Assembly (NCBI GenBank): GCA_951406725.2
Contig: OX597821.1
Coordinates: 21,514,001 to 21,578,000, forward strand
From: Octopus vulgaris
Lineage: Eukaryota
Direction: 5' to 3'
Length of the DNA: 64,000 nt
Shown here: in pieces, positions 1 to 14,887 of the stretch
Numbering within the stretch: the stretch's first letter is position 1
Layout: each line of letters opens with the position of its first letter
The notes under the pieces: model-generated
What the model saw: the letters and a program-made list of their open reading frames with translations, nothing else
The model's database searches: none
Told to the model about the DNA's origin: nothing
Translations under genes and position numbers: made by a program

Positions 1-14
1 TTATCAACATACAT

Positions 15-391
15 AGGCGCAGGAGTGACTGTGTAGTGAGTAGCTTGTTTACCAACCACATGGTTCCGGGTTCAGTCCCACTGCGTGGCATCTTGGGCAA
101 GTGTCTTCTGCTATAGCCTCGGGCCGACCAATGCCTTGTGAGTGCATTTGGTAGACGGAAACTAAAAGAAGCCCGTCGTATATATGTATATATATATGTG
201 TGTGTGTATATATGTTTGTGTGCCTGTGTTTGTCCCCCTAGCATTGCTTGACAACCGATGCTGGTGTGTTTATGTCCCCGTCACTTTGCAGTTCGGCAAA
301 AACAAAGAATAAGTCCCGGGGTCGATTTGCTCGACTAAAGGCGGTGCTCCAGCATGGCCGCAGTCAAATGACTGAAACAAGTAAAAGAGTA
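15..391 (+). mobile_element. tRNA-derived SINE family A, full length, with internal (TA/TG)n tract
   Basis: B-box-like GGTTCAGTCCC in the head, central microsatellite, tail ...CAGTCAAATGACTGAAACAAGTAAAAGAGTA; homologous copies elsewhere in the window. Confidence 0.85.
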
Positions 392-893
392 TACATGTAT
401 ATAAACATAATGCGTGAATAATCACTATTCAAATAAGTGTTAACCATGAAATAAATACCATAACTTCTACTCTTCAATTTTTAATATTCACATTCGAGGA
501 CGGAACGAAATACGAATCAACGTGAAATACCACCCGCAATAAACGCCCGGGTTATCCTATCCCAACTGAACAATTGTGTACCTACCCACATACATACAGA
601 TAGGTAGGTATGGCAAGTAAAAGTTGCGTACGAGTTCGCTTCTATATGATAAACCATGGAGAAACGTCTCTGTTTGGCGAGTTATTTAAAGATAAATGTA
701 AGATAGTTTAAATGCATAAGAATTATAGACAGAACAATCGTAAAACACTGCTGATGAAATCAGAGGTATATTCAAAGCTAGGAATATGCAATTCAGAGAA
801 AAAGCATGTTACACTCTGGGACTATATAAATAAATTCATTGAATTTTTCAATCCTTAAGTCGTCTAGTTCTTTCACATCATTCTTGGTATTAT

Positions 894-1028
894 TGCCACC
901 GAAGTTTACGTTGCCTTTCTTCCTTTCAGGGTCGACAAATTAAGTACCAGTTGCGTGCTGAGGTTGACCTAATCAAGTGCCCCGCTCCTCCAAAATTTCG
1001 GACCTTATGCCTCCTGTAGAAAGGATTT
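894..1028 (+). mobile_element. SINE family C, 3' fragment
   Basis: GCCTTTCTTCCTTTCAGGGTCGACAAATTAAGTACCAGTT matches the central domain of 27315-27533. Confidence 0.65.
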
Positions 1029-1099
1029 TTACTTTCGTACTTACGCTTGATATTACACTACTAACTTCCTTCTTCTGCTTCTCTTTTTCTTTCTCTCTT

Positions 1100-1337
<238 letters not shown>

Positions 1338-1505
1338 TGCACGCACACATACCTTGCTTGCATGCCTTAGCATGCCTTACAGCATCGGATAAATTATGTT
1401 AACATACTGACATAGTTTCCAAGAGATCAACATGGAAACAGCCAAACATAATTATTCATGTGTAAGCAAGTACATATGCGCACACATGTGTGTCTGAATG
1501 CAAGT

Positions 1506-1571
<66 letters not shown>

Positions 1572-1896
1572 GTATATATGTATGTATATATCTGTGTGTG
1601 TATATATATATGTGCGTGTGTATGTGTATACACATACACAAGTTACTGTCTGTCTCTCCCGCAGCAAGTTTTGAAATATCACACGTTGTTTCGTCTTACA
1701 AGAACGCGTATACGACTATTAGTACAAAAACTAATAATACTACTACTAATGCCACAGCTGCTGTTGCAGGTACCAGAACTACTGCTTCTGTCACTGCTAC
1801 TGCACCTGCCACTACAACTCTGACTACTACAAAAGTTATTTCTACTACTACTACTACTACTATTATTTCAAGATCTTACATTTCTGGAATGTAGAC

Positions 1897-2038
1897 GGGC
1901 TCAGTCGATTGCATCGACCCTGACAGGATAAAACGCAAAGCAAACCTCAGCGGAATTTGAACTCAGAACGTAAAGACGGACGAAATGTCGCTAAGCATGT
2001 TACTCGGTGCGCTAACAATCTTGTCAGCCCGCTGCCTC
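1897..2038 (-). mobile_element. SINE family C, head and part of body
   Basis: reverse complement has GCGGGCTGACAAGATTGTTAGCGCACCG...GAGTTCAAATTCCGC, matching the head at 27315. Confidence 0.7.
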
Positions 2039-4383
<2,345 letters not shown>

Positions 4384-4539
4384 ATAATAATAAAAATAGT
4401 TAACAACCAAGTATCAAAGCCTGTAATGTGTGGAAAGTGACCGTGTGTGACCGCTGACAGAAGGCTGCTGTCCGCTCTCACAGAATCTACCACAACAAAC
4501 AAGACCGCGCGTAAAGCAATTATAATATTTATGATAATA

Positions 4540-4855
4540 AACTGAGTGGAAACGCGTAAAGGAAATTCTCAACAGTAACTGAGAATCGCACATTCAAATC
4601 AGTGACTGATTCTTTCTCGATTGCAGCACACGACCAGAATCTCAGCAATGGTTACCTCCGATCGTATACAGTGAAACACAATACAGTACGTAACTTTAAG
4701 CGACGTGGATACAGTGAAGAAATAATCAAATGTGTTATATCTGGCTGCCAAATTTTAGTCAATAAAGAATATATCCACAGGCACTTCTAGTTATGCCAGC
4801 ACTACAAAATACTCAGAGGAAAAAAATGGTATAGACGTAGGGCAGAAAAGGTTGT
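4540..4855 (+). mobile_element. highly degraded R4/Dong-like fragment
   Basis: IAAHDQNL...ISGCQILVNKEYIHRH resembles IAAQDQSL...ISSCPVLAKKEYIHRH at 55934+. Confidence 0.65.
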
Positions 4856-4913
4856 ATATTTCATATCATCATCATCATCATCATCATCATCATTATCATC
4901 ATCATCATCATCA

Positions 4914-4981
<68 letters not shown>

Positions 4982-4984
<3 letters not shown>

Positions 4985-5584
4985 TAGTTTTATTTTTATA
5001 GCGTGCTTTCACTTCACTACCGAGCGCAGCTCTGTGTGCCTTGGGTATGTGCTGTGATTTGTTGTGATGCTCTGATGGTTATTGTATGGAAAGTGTTCTG
5101 CGTAGGATGTGTGCAGTGCCTAGTAGTGCAATTTTCTGTATGTTATATGTGTTTGTAAGTCCTGGTGTTTTTGTTATGTATTTGTCTGAATATTTTTTTA
5201 TCATGCCTAATGCACCTACTATGATAGGAATTGTTTCTGTTTTCAGATTCCACATTCTAGTTACCTCTATTTCCAGGTCTTTGTATTTTGAGAGTTTCTC
5301 CATTTCTTTTAGAGACACGTTGTCATCTGCCGGTATTGATACATCAATTAGAAAGCATTTTTTTTCTTCATGATCTCTGACAACTATATCTGGTCTGTTG
5401 GCCTTAATTTCTCTATCTGTGTGTATCGGCATATCCCAGAGTATGGTTGCTTTCTCGTTTTCTGTGACCTTTTCTGGTGTGTGCCTATACCATCTTTTTT
5501 CTGTTGTTATTCCATAATGTTGGCATAGCTTCCAATGTATGTAGGTTCCAACTCTGTCATGTCTGTGAATATATTCCTTCTTAG
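4982..5584 (-). mobile_element. R4/Dong-like LINE family 2, 3' end (RLE domain) in an (AAT)n tract
   Basis: ORF 5079-5432 NRPDIVV...IDVSIP...EKLSKYKDL; near-identical to 56124-56725; (ATT)n on both sides. Confidence 0.9.
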
Positions 5585-5598
5585 GAATATATTATTCC

Positions 5599-5713
<115 letters not shown>

Positions 5714-6239
5714 CATCATTATTATTGCTGTTGGTGTTGTTATTCTTATTGAGTACGAGAACAATGCATGACATCAAAGTGATGCTGGTGTACAAATATA
5801 CAAAGCCCAATATATGCATTATCACTACCAGTCTGATAAAAGTACACCAGGCTCATGTGTCACAACCATATGTGCGCGAAATGGTGTGACCTTATCTCAA
5901 GACAAACAGCGCATGAATTTACATGTGGGACCCAGTTAGAACTTTCTTCAGGTTTAGTAACCCATTCCGCTCAAACGGTCGCTAAATGTGGATTGTTTAA
6001 GAGTGATGAATGAAACACCCTTGTTTCCAGAGGTAAATTATTCAAACCATAAATAATTCCTCTCAACACATGGCTATGATGCTCCTCGGCTACTTCTGCT
6101 CATCATAAGAGATGCATATATTGTCAGCCACTAAAGTACATGCCGAATTGGTTTCGGTGAAACAAATGACAAGCAAATGTGTGGTAGTGAGCAGAATATT
6201 TGCTGTAGCCATCTTTTTATACCAAGACAAAGCATATAC

Positions 6240-6338
6240 ATTTCGGAGTCGATACATTAAGTACCAGTCCTGGGGTCTATCTATACGGCTGGCCCCCTTC
6301 CACCAAAATTTCGGGCTTTGCGCCTAGAATAGAAAGGA
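6240..6338 (+). mobile_element. SINE family C, 3' fragment
   Basis: GTCGATACATTAAGTACCAG..CTGGGGTC and CCAAAATTTCGGGCTTTGCGCCT..TAGAAAGG match 894-1028. Confidence 0.55.
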
Positions 6339-6439
6339 AAAAGTTCTGAATGTTGAAGTTAGTAGTGCTGATACAGATGTTGGTGTCAGTGGTTCTGGTA
6401 TTTTAGTTTTGTATTAATCTCCGTGCTGAGAAAGTGAAT

Positions 6440-6758
6440 AGCTTGGTGGATCCGGTATTACGCCCAGAGCCGTAAGCTCATGAGTTCGATTCCAGGTAGA
6501 GCGTTGAGTCCTTCAGCAAGACACATTATTTAACGTTGCTCCATTGCTCCAGTCCACTCAGCAGTCAAAAATGAGCAGTACCAGTAATTCAAAGGACCAG
6601 CATTGCCACATTGCGTCACGCTGAATCTCCCTGAGAACTATGTTAAAGACACAGATATCTGTGGAGTGCTCAGTCACTTTCACATTGATTTCACGTCCAG
6701 ACTGTTCCGTTGATCGGATCAGCTGGGACCCCCGTCGTCGTGACCGATGGAGTGCTAG
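6440..6758 (+). mobile_element. tRNA-derived SINE with family B 3' half
   Basis: B box GAGTTCGATTCC; 3' half GTCACGCTGAATCTCCC...TTCCGTTGATCGGATCA...ACCGATGGAGTGC shared with 60086-60408 and 23612-23886. Confidence 0.7.
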
Positions 6759-6800
6759 TACAGCCATCATGTTACTACCACCATTACCACTGCTTCTGCA

Positions 6801-6852
<52 letters not shown>

Positions 6853-7202
6853 AAACCACCACCACCACCACCTTTGCAGACACATTTTGTCTTCATGCTG
6901 TCGATAACGTTTCTTATATCCGTTAACGTTGCGCATTCCGCTCACTCTCTTCTTGCGCTTATTGTCGGTTCGTGATAATGACGATTGTGATGGCACTGCC
7001 GGTGTAGATAATGCGCTTGGAGTTATTGAGGATGATTTTATTGTCGCTGTAGCTTTTGATGTTGTTCTTGTGGTTGCTGTAGCTGTTGTTGATCTCGTCG
7101 CCGTCTCAGTTCTTCTTGAATTTTTTGGTATTAAACATGTTAAGTTGCTGTTCTTCCTGCTGGCATAGTATTTGTCATTATCATCATTATCAGTAGTACC
7201 AT

Positions 7203-7226
7203 TTTTATTATTATTATTATTATTAA

Positions 7227-7278
<52 letters not shown>

Positions 7279-7289
7279 ATTATTATTAC

Positions 7290-7332
<43 letters not shown>

Positions 7333-7343
7333 ATTATTATTAC

Positions 7344-7395
<52 letters not shown>

Positions 7396-7462
7396 GTTAT
7401 TGTTATTATTATTCTTATTATTATTATTGTTATTGTTATTATTATTATTATTATTATTGTCA

Positions 7463-7500
<38 letters not shown>

Positions 7501-7504
7501 GTTA

Positions 7505-7541
<37 letters not shown>

Positions 7542-7726
7542 CATTATTATTGTTATTGTTATTATTATTATTGTTATTATTATTATTATTATTGTTATTG
7601 TTATTATTATTATTATTATTATTGTTATTGTTATTATTATTATTATTATTGTCATTGTTATTATCATTATTATTATTATTATTGTTATTGTTATTATTAT
7701 TATTATTATTATCATTATTATTGTTA

Positions 7727-7767
<41 letters not shown>

Positions 7768-7820
7768 TTATTATTATCATTATTATTATTGTTATTATTA
7801 TTGTTGTCGTTGTTGTTGAT
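7203..7820. repeat. (ATT/GTT)n compound microsatellite
   Basis: direct reading. Confidence 0.97.
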
Positions 7821-8460
7821 TTTGCTGTTACTGTTATTGTGGTTGATTTTACTATATTTGTTGTTTCTGTTCTTGCTGTTCTTCTTCTTTCTGTTCCTGT
7901 TGTTGTTGTTGTTGCTGCTGCTGCTATGCAAATCATTGTTCCACGATCTTACAGACAAGTAGTCTCTCTGATCTGGAAATGTTGTTATTGTTCTGCTTGT
8001 TGTTCGTGTTGATGGTGGTAGTGGTGGTGGTGGTGGTGGTGGTGGTGGTGATGATGGTGGTGTTGGTGATGATGGTGGTTGAGTGTATTACTGGTGGGTG
8101 TGTAACGATTGTATTGGCGGTGCTTGTGTGTGCGTGTGTGTGTGTGTGCGTGTGTGCGTGGGTGTGTGTGTGTGTTTGTGTGTGTGTGTGCAGTTTATTG
8201 TTGCAATTTCTGTTTGTGTTATTATTATACTCGTCATTATCTTCGTTATCGTTATTGTTGCTATCAATAATAATAGTAATAATAATACTAAGAATAATAA
8301 CAACAACAACAACAATAATAGTAGACATCATCTCCATCGTCATCTTCATCATCCTCATCGTACGTATAAGCGTCATCATCCACATCATAAACATGATAAT
8401 AATGATAATAATAATAATAATAATAATAATGGTAATAAAAATATTAATAATAATAATAAC

Positions 8461-8506
<46 letters not shown>

Positions 8507-9365
8507 TTAATAAAAATATTAGTAATAATAATAATAATAATAATAATAATGATTTCATTTATCTGTCATTAGGGCGATGGGTTACGGGGACCCCCTGTGG
8601 GGGTTTGCATATAATGCATATAATGCAATGTTGGAAATAATAATAATAATAATAATGATGATGGTGATGATAGTAAACATCATCACCGTCATCATCTTCA
8701 TGTTCATCGTCATCATTATCAACATCCTCATCATCTTCGTCATCATCATCATCATCGTTTTCGTCATTATGTGTGTTCACTAGTTCCTCTTTCTTCCCCA
8801 CATTCTGCTCCTATACTCTTACCGCCTCTTGTACCAAATAGGCCTCTTCGTCTGATGCAATTCCTCACCACCGCAGCCAGCGTCAACTAATAACAACTCA
8901 CCTTATCCCTCCACCTCCTACTCATCCCCATCACCGTCAACACCACCATCATAATTATCAACAATGTAAATTTCTCTCTTTATCACTCCTTTTATTCTCT
9001 CCCTTTAATTCATCACAGCCTACATTAATTGTATTTCTGCATATTTGTTGAAGTGCATGTGCATATGCATGTGGCATTTACGTGCTATTTAATGGTGGAT
9101 GTGAACGTTTATAAATGCATGTATATAAATGCATGTGTGTGCATGTACGTGTGTATGTACGTGTGTATGTGTGTGAGTGTTATGCAAATGCACGCACCAG
9201 CGTTTGCAGTTGTACGTACACACGTATGTGTATACCAAAACGAAGAAATGTATACCTACGCAAATAGGTATGTAGATTCGTAGCTACGTATGCGGCATGT
9301 ATATACGTACATATGAATATATGAATATATAAGATATATAGCTATACGTTCACATCACTAACTTA

Positions 9366-9396
<31 letters not shown>

Positions 9397-9545
9397 CAAA
9401 AAGCAATAAAGATTCAAGTTAATTTAAATGAATTTACTTGAATATGGTACCTAACTTAGATGCACCAAAAAAAACTATACTGATTTAACAATACAGTAAT
9501 GTGGGGTGATTATAAGCGAGAATGAAGCAACAAGAATGGATAGGT

Positions 9546-9636
9546 TTTTAGTACAATCGTTTCATACAAGGACAGGTTTTATTAAAAGTTGCAAAAATTA
9601 CAGCATATAAACGTGTCCCGTACTCATCAGCTAAAA
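9546..9636 (-). ncRNA. type I minimal hammerhead ribozyme (inverted pLTR copy)
   Basis: reverse complement of 13386-13476. Confidence 0.8.
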
Positions 9637-9649
9637 TACATGTGAGTAC

Positions 9650-10971
9650 ATTGGCCGACTTAGTAAATCTATCTTGGATACTGTTCTACCCCAAATAACC
9701 CCTCTTCTCCCCTTAAACCTATGGCTAAGTACCGATGAAGTTCTAAAATGGTTTAACTCTCTAACTAATACTAGTAGTCTGTCCTTTATTCAGTTCGATA
9801 TTAATAGTTATTACTCTAGCATTTCCCCTATCTTACTCAACAAATCACTAATATTTGCCATGAATCGCTCCCTAATATCTAGAGAAGAAATCAATATTGT
9901 GCTACTAGCTAGGAAGACATTTATAGAATTTGAAGATAAATTATGGACTAGAGCAGATACACCAAATTTTTTTGATATACCAATGGGTTCCAGTGATTCG
10001 GCTGAGGTAACCAACCTAGTAGGCGCATATCTATTAAAATGCATAAGCAAGGATATCCCAGAATTACAGGGGGTCTATATAGGGATGATGCTCTGTTTGT
10101 TATCCCTAGTAATAATAAATCTGTTATAGAAAGGATTAGAAAGAAAATTAATAAGTTCTTTAGGGATTTCAACCTCAGTATAACGTATGAACCGGGCACT
10201 AAAATAGTTAATTTCCTAGATACTACGCTAGACCTTAACTCCAAACTACATTACCCATTTAGAAAGGAAGGTGAAATCACGAATTACATAAATAAATTAT
10301 CAAATCATCCCCCAAATATTATGGAATCTTTAGTAAGAAATATTTCATTAAGAATTTCAAAATTATCATCCAATAAGGATATTTTTAACTCCCATTCTGA
10401 GCATTATAATGCGGCGTTAACTAAGGCTGGATACAACCAAAAGATTACATTCGTTGATAAGGGGAACTCAAGTATTCCTAATAATGAAGTTATCAATAAT
10501 CACGTAAGCAACAATAAAGACCAAGCCCGAAATAAAAGTAGAATTAAACTAACGGTAAACGCTAGTCTAGCGTACAGGCCCAACAATTCAAATAGAAACA
10601 TTGACCAGAACATAGGTAACTCGGATAGTATTGAAGTAGATAAACCTAAGATGCACACAAATAAAAATAAAAATAATGGTAATAAATACAATAACTCCGG
10701 TGAGATGAATAGTAATAATTCTACGAACCCTAAATTTAATAAAAAAGATATATTATGGCTGAATATTCCTTTCAACTGTGCGATACAATCGGATATACAG
10801 AACAAATTCAAAGTGATTCTGGAAAAAAATTTCCCTATCTCTCATAGATATCATAGAATTATTTCTAGGAAAACAGTTAGGATTTCTTATTCAACCCTCC
10901 CAAATATGTCCACTTTAATAGCTAAGATTAATAATAACAACATTAAACTAGCCAGGAAAGATAGAAATATA

Positions 10972-11002
<31 letters not shown>

Positions 11003-11880
11003 TCAGCATGAATACCAATAGCAATTGTAATAATACTACCAACAATAAAAGCAGCAATAGTAACTATCAAAACATAGGTGAAATTAGTAACCACAGAATG
11101 ACTAATAACATTAACATTAATAGTAATAATAGCAATGCCGATATTAGTAGAAGTAATAATGTTAATAATAGAAATAATAGAAATAGGGAAAATAGAGAAA
11201 ATAAGGAGAATGAAAATATTAGTGATATCTATAACAACAATATGCAGTCGGATAAAAAGACTAGCAATAATATTAACATTACCAATAATATAAGAAATCA
11301 TGGTAGGACTTTAGATCTAAATAATGAAACAGAAGGATCAAGAAATAATAGCAATACTTTAGATATCAGCACCAACTATAGAAATGATAATCAAAATAAC
11401 AGGAACCTAAAACATCTACCCAAGAATAATCCAAAGCCTGAAGGTGTTCCTCCTGTGTGTAAGTGTAGAATAAAATCAAAATGCCCGGCACCTGGTCTAT
11501 GTGGAGAAAATAATGTAATCTATAAATGTACCATATCCACGGAGAATAACAAATATTATTACATTGGATGTACAATTAATTTTTTAGCTAGAGTTAGAAA
11601 TCACATCTCGACTTTTAAATTACGTCATAAAGCTGGTACCACCACACTTTCAAACAAAATCTGGGAACTCAAAAATAATAATAAAAATTATAACCTTAAT
11701 TGGGAAATAGTTAGGAGAGCAATTCCGTATAAAAATAGTAGGGTTGGTTGCCAACTATGCTCCATGGAGACATATGAAATTCTAAAGCATAGAAAACATA
11801 GAAACCTATTGAATAACCATATCGAACTAGGTCAAGTTTGTGTCCACGCTAAATTGAAGACTTTAAAATATTTTAAATGA
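9650..11880 (+). pseudogene. PLE reverse transcriptase + GIY-YIG endonuclease, one frameshift near 10070
   Basis: FIQFDINSYYSSI, PMGSSDSAEV, GLYRDD, VNFLDTTL, SNHPP, CKCx5CPxxGLC, VIYKC..YYYIGCT..R..H, CQLC..E..LLN; frames join at a G5 run (10069-10073). Confidence 0.9.
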
Positions 11881-13385
11881 TTAGAATATTCGTAACTAGA
11901 TAGATAGATATAACCTGATTTCTACTGGTATAGCACTGCTTTAAGTAGATAACTAAGAGTTCTCACACTACAGTTATCTTTTTCCTATATCTGCATCAGT
12001 TTTTTGAGAACAGGGAAATGAATAGCACTTATTCGCCGCTTAATTGAGGCTTTATTTAATTTCAAACTCACAATTTTTAAATTTTTAAATTCTTAATTTT
12101 AAATCTTAATTGTAATTTTTAATTTTAGTTCCTAACTTAATCTAATTTAATTAGCATAACTCTAATTAATTAAAATGAGTTACTATAGACCCATTATTCT
12201 ATTTCAAAATTAAATAAATGAGACTATTCCCTCGGTGATAATATGATTATCTTCATTATGATAGACAATCCCCTAACACCTTTTAAATGATCTTCTAAGA
12301 TTTGACCTGTAGTCCGTCAATGTATGAATAATAACGGCAACTCCTTAAGACAATAAAATGAATAAATTAAGTAAGTAAATTTTAATGACTTTTTGATAAG
12401 ATTATACCTAGTTTTCCCTAATGTATTTTCTGGTGATTTTAGCATCTGACCCCGAAACCCCTAACTGTGTTATCTCTTTAGATTCTCTTTAAATTCATAG
12501 CTGATTTCAACAGCAATAAATTAGCTATTTTAACTGGTCAAAGAATAATATTCTCCTCTAATTCCTAGATGCCTGTAAACTAAAACCAGACTTGTCGTCT
12601 ACTAATTCTTCTGTATAACTAGAACCCTTTTTATCTTTTTCTTTCTTCTTTCTTCTTTTTCTTTTTTCTTCTTTTTCTTTTTTCCCTTCCTTCCCTATTT
12701 CTTTCTCTTTTCTCTTTTTTCTTTTTCTTCTTTTTATTCTCTTTTTCCTTTTCTCTTCTCTTTGAGTCCCCCTTTCACCCCCTTTTTGCTCCCTCCTCTT
12801 TTATTTTCTCTCTTTTATTTTCTCTCTTTTCTTCTATGCCCCTCCCTTTTCTATTCTATACAGCTCTAGTAAGCCCTTCAGCCTTTAAAAGTTAAATAGC
12901 TACAGCCTCTTGTAAATAGCAGTAATGTGATTAATGTGGCAAATACCTAATCATATAGCAAGAATTGATACCTACCTCATTGTGTTCAACCATTGATAAA
13001 TTTATCGCCTGTGAATATGAAATTCCTTGAAATTTACACCTACACCATTGGAAATTGTGCATCTATACAAAGGATTAATTCACCCTCTCTGTAATGCTAA
13101 TAAGCAGGAATTGAAACCCACCTCGTTGTAATTAACAATGGATAAATTTGCCTTCTGTGAGTATGTAATCCCTCATCATATCTCTGGAAATTCATATGTG
13201 CACTATGGATTGGGTCACCTTCTCTGTGATGCTATTAAGACTTTTTTTAAAATTCTGTGATAAGACTGTACATCATCTTTAAAGAACTTTAATGAACTTT
13301 TGAAATCTGTTTATGTTACTTAATTATCTACATTACTTCATGAGTATAGCCTCAACCACTAGGATGTCTAGAGAACTCACATGTA

Positions 13386-13476
13386 TTTTAGCTGATGAGT
13401 ACGGGACACGTTTATATGCTGTAATTTTTGCAACTTTTAATAAAACCTGTCCTTGTATGAAACGATTGTACTAAAA
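13386..13476 (+). ncRNA. type I minimal hammerhead ribozyme in PLE pLTR
   Basis: stem I TTTTAG/CTAAAA; core CTGATGA; stem II GTACGGGACA/TGTCCTTGTAT with long loop; GAA; stem III AC-GATT-GT; GUA cleavage triplet. Confidence 0.85.
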
Positions 13477-13506
13477 ACCTATCCATTCTTGTTGCTTCAT
13501 TCTCGC

Positions 13507-13544
<38 letters not shown>

Positions 13545-13546
<2 letters not shown>

Positions 13547-13705
13547 GATGGGCTTCTTCCAGTTTCCGTCTAGCAAATCCACTCACAAGGCTTTGGTCGG
13601 CCCAAGGCTATAGAAGACACTTCCTCAAGGTGCTATGCAGTGGGACTGAACCCTGAACCATGTGGTCGGTAAGCAAGCTGCTTACTACACACCAGCTTCT
13701 GCGCC

Positions 13706-13707
<2 letters not shown>
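13545..13707 (-). mobile_element. SINE family A, head half
   Basis: reverse complement matches 15-180. Confidence 0.85.
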
Positions 13708-13731
<24 letters not shown>

Positions 13732-13741
<10 letters not shown>

Positions 13742-14162
13742 TAAATTAGAGACAAAACCACTATTATGCAAATCAAACAAAGAAAGACTTAATCCAATAC
13801 ATAAAGTAATTTATATTATTTAGAAATTTAACAATTATTAATATCCACTACGATCGTTTCATGTCTTCTTTTCATCACATCTTTGAGTATCGCCAAGAAT
13901 ATTTGAAACCACCTCAAGAATGTCTACTACTCAAAGATGTGATGAAAAGAAGACTTGAAACGATCGTAGTGGATATTAATAATTGTTAAATTTCTAAATA
14001 ATATAAATTAATTTATGTATTGGATTAAGTCTTTCTTTGCTTGATTTGCATAATAGTGGTTTTGTCTCTAATTTAATATAATATAATATTTTACTATAAA
14101 ATTGGATTCAATCCTAAATCTGATTTTTCCCTGTAAGTTTGGATTTATTCCCTAATATTTAT
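13732..14162 (+). mobile_element. short PLE-type insertion: inverted repeat plus tail, in (TA)n
   Basis: arms 13732-13889 / 13928-14085; hammerhead-like GTGATGA..GAAACGATCGTA in the right arm. Confidence 0.65.
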
Positions 14163-14430
14163 TATATATATATATATATATACAGAGAGAGAGAGGGGGG
14201 ATACATATATATACATATATATATTCATTAACTTGTGCATGTATATATGTGTGTGTATTTGCGTGCGTGCATATGTGTGTGCATGTTTGTGCTTGTGTAC
14301 ACATGCGTATTTGTCTCCTAATATCCATAGAAAGAAATATGCACGCATATACATACATACGTAGAACTCCTTATATATATATGGTCATGGATTTATGGGT
14401 ACGAGTGTATGTGTGTTTTATGTGTGTAAA

Positions 14431-14495
<65 letters not shown>

Positions 14496-14632
14496 TTCAC
14501 ATGCACATATGTATACATATGAATACATATATATACGCATATATACAGACATATATATATACGTATATATGTAAGTATATAAAAATATAACAGTATGAAT
14601 ATATATGTATATATATATATATATATATATAC

Positions 14633-14850
14633 ATTCAAAATGTGACCGCGTGTGTACCGTTAGCGATTATTTTCCCCCGTCTTCCCTTCCTTGGATCTTT
14701 TCTTTTCCTATGTTTCTGACGAAGAGCTCCGTTCGAAACGTTAAATCCTTCTTCGTTCTTTCCTTTCCTGAGCGTCCAATAACACTATACTTGTTCCACG
14801 TCCTCGCGTTGTTGTGTTTTCTCTTTGTGTTTTCATGTTTGGATTAACTA
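14633..14850 (+). mobile_element. PLE-type 3' end with minimal hammerhead (14712-14746), in (TA)n
   Basis: GTTT-CTGACGA-A-GAGC tcc GTTC-GAA-ACGT-T-AAAT. Confidence 0.65.
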
Positions 14851-14887
14851 TATATATATACGGGTGTGTGTGATTGTGTATAGAAGA

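Larger units (their letters stand above)
9397..13506 (+). mobile_element. Penelope-like retroelement (Naiad-like), 5'-truncated, with inverted pseudo-LTR, inserted in (TA)n
   Basis: RT and GIY-YIG ORFs; 132-bp inverted repeat 9516-9647 / 13375-13506; TA tracts on both flanks. Confidence 0.9.

Noticed and set aside
15-90. tRNA genes at SINE heads
   Set aside because: A/B-box-like sequences continue into SINE bodies and do not form a complete cloverleaf
752-770. CTGATGA core matches here and at 17168 and 24064
   Set aside because: No stem II followed by GAAA and no stem I; chance matches
11455-11880. Selenocysteine recoding, reported for some Naiad PLEs
   Set aside because: All finger cysteines are TGT/TGC. 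The only TGA follows the last conserved C-x-H motif and behaves as a normal stop.
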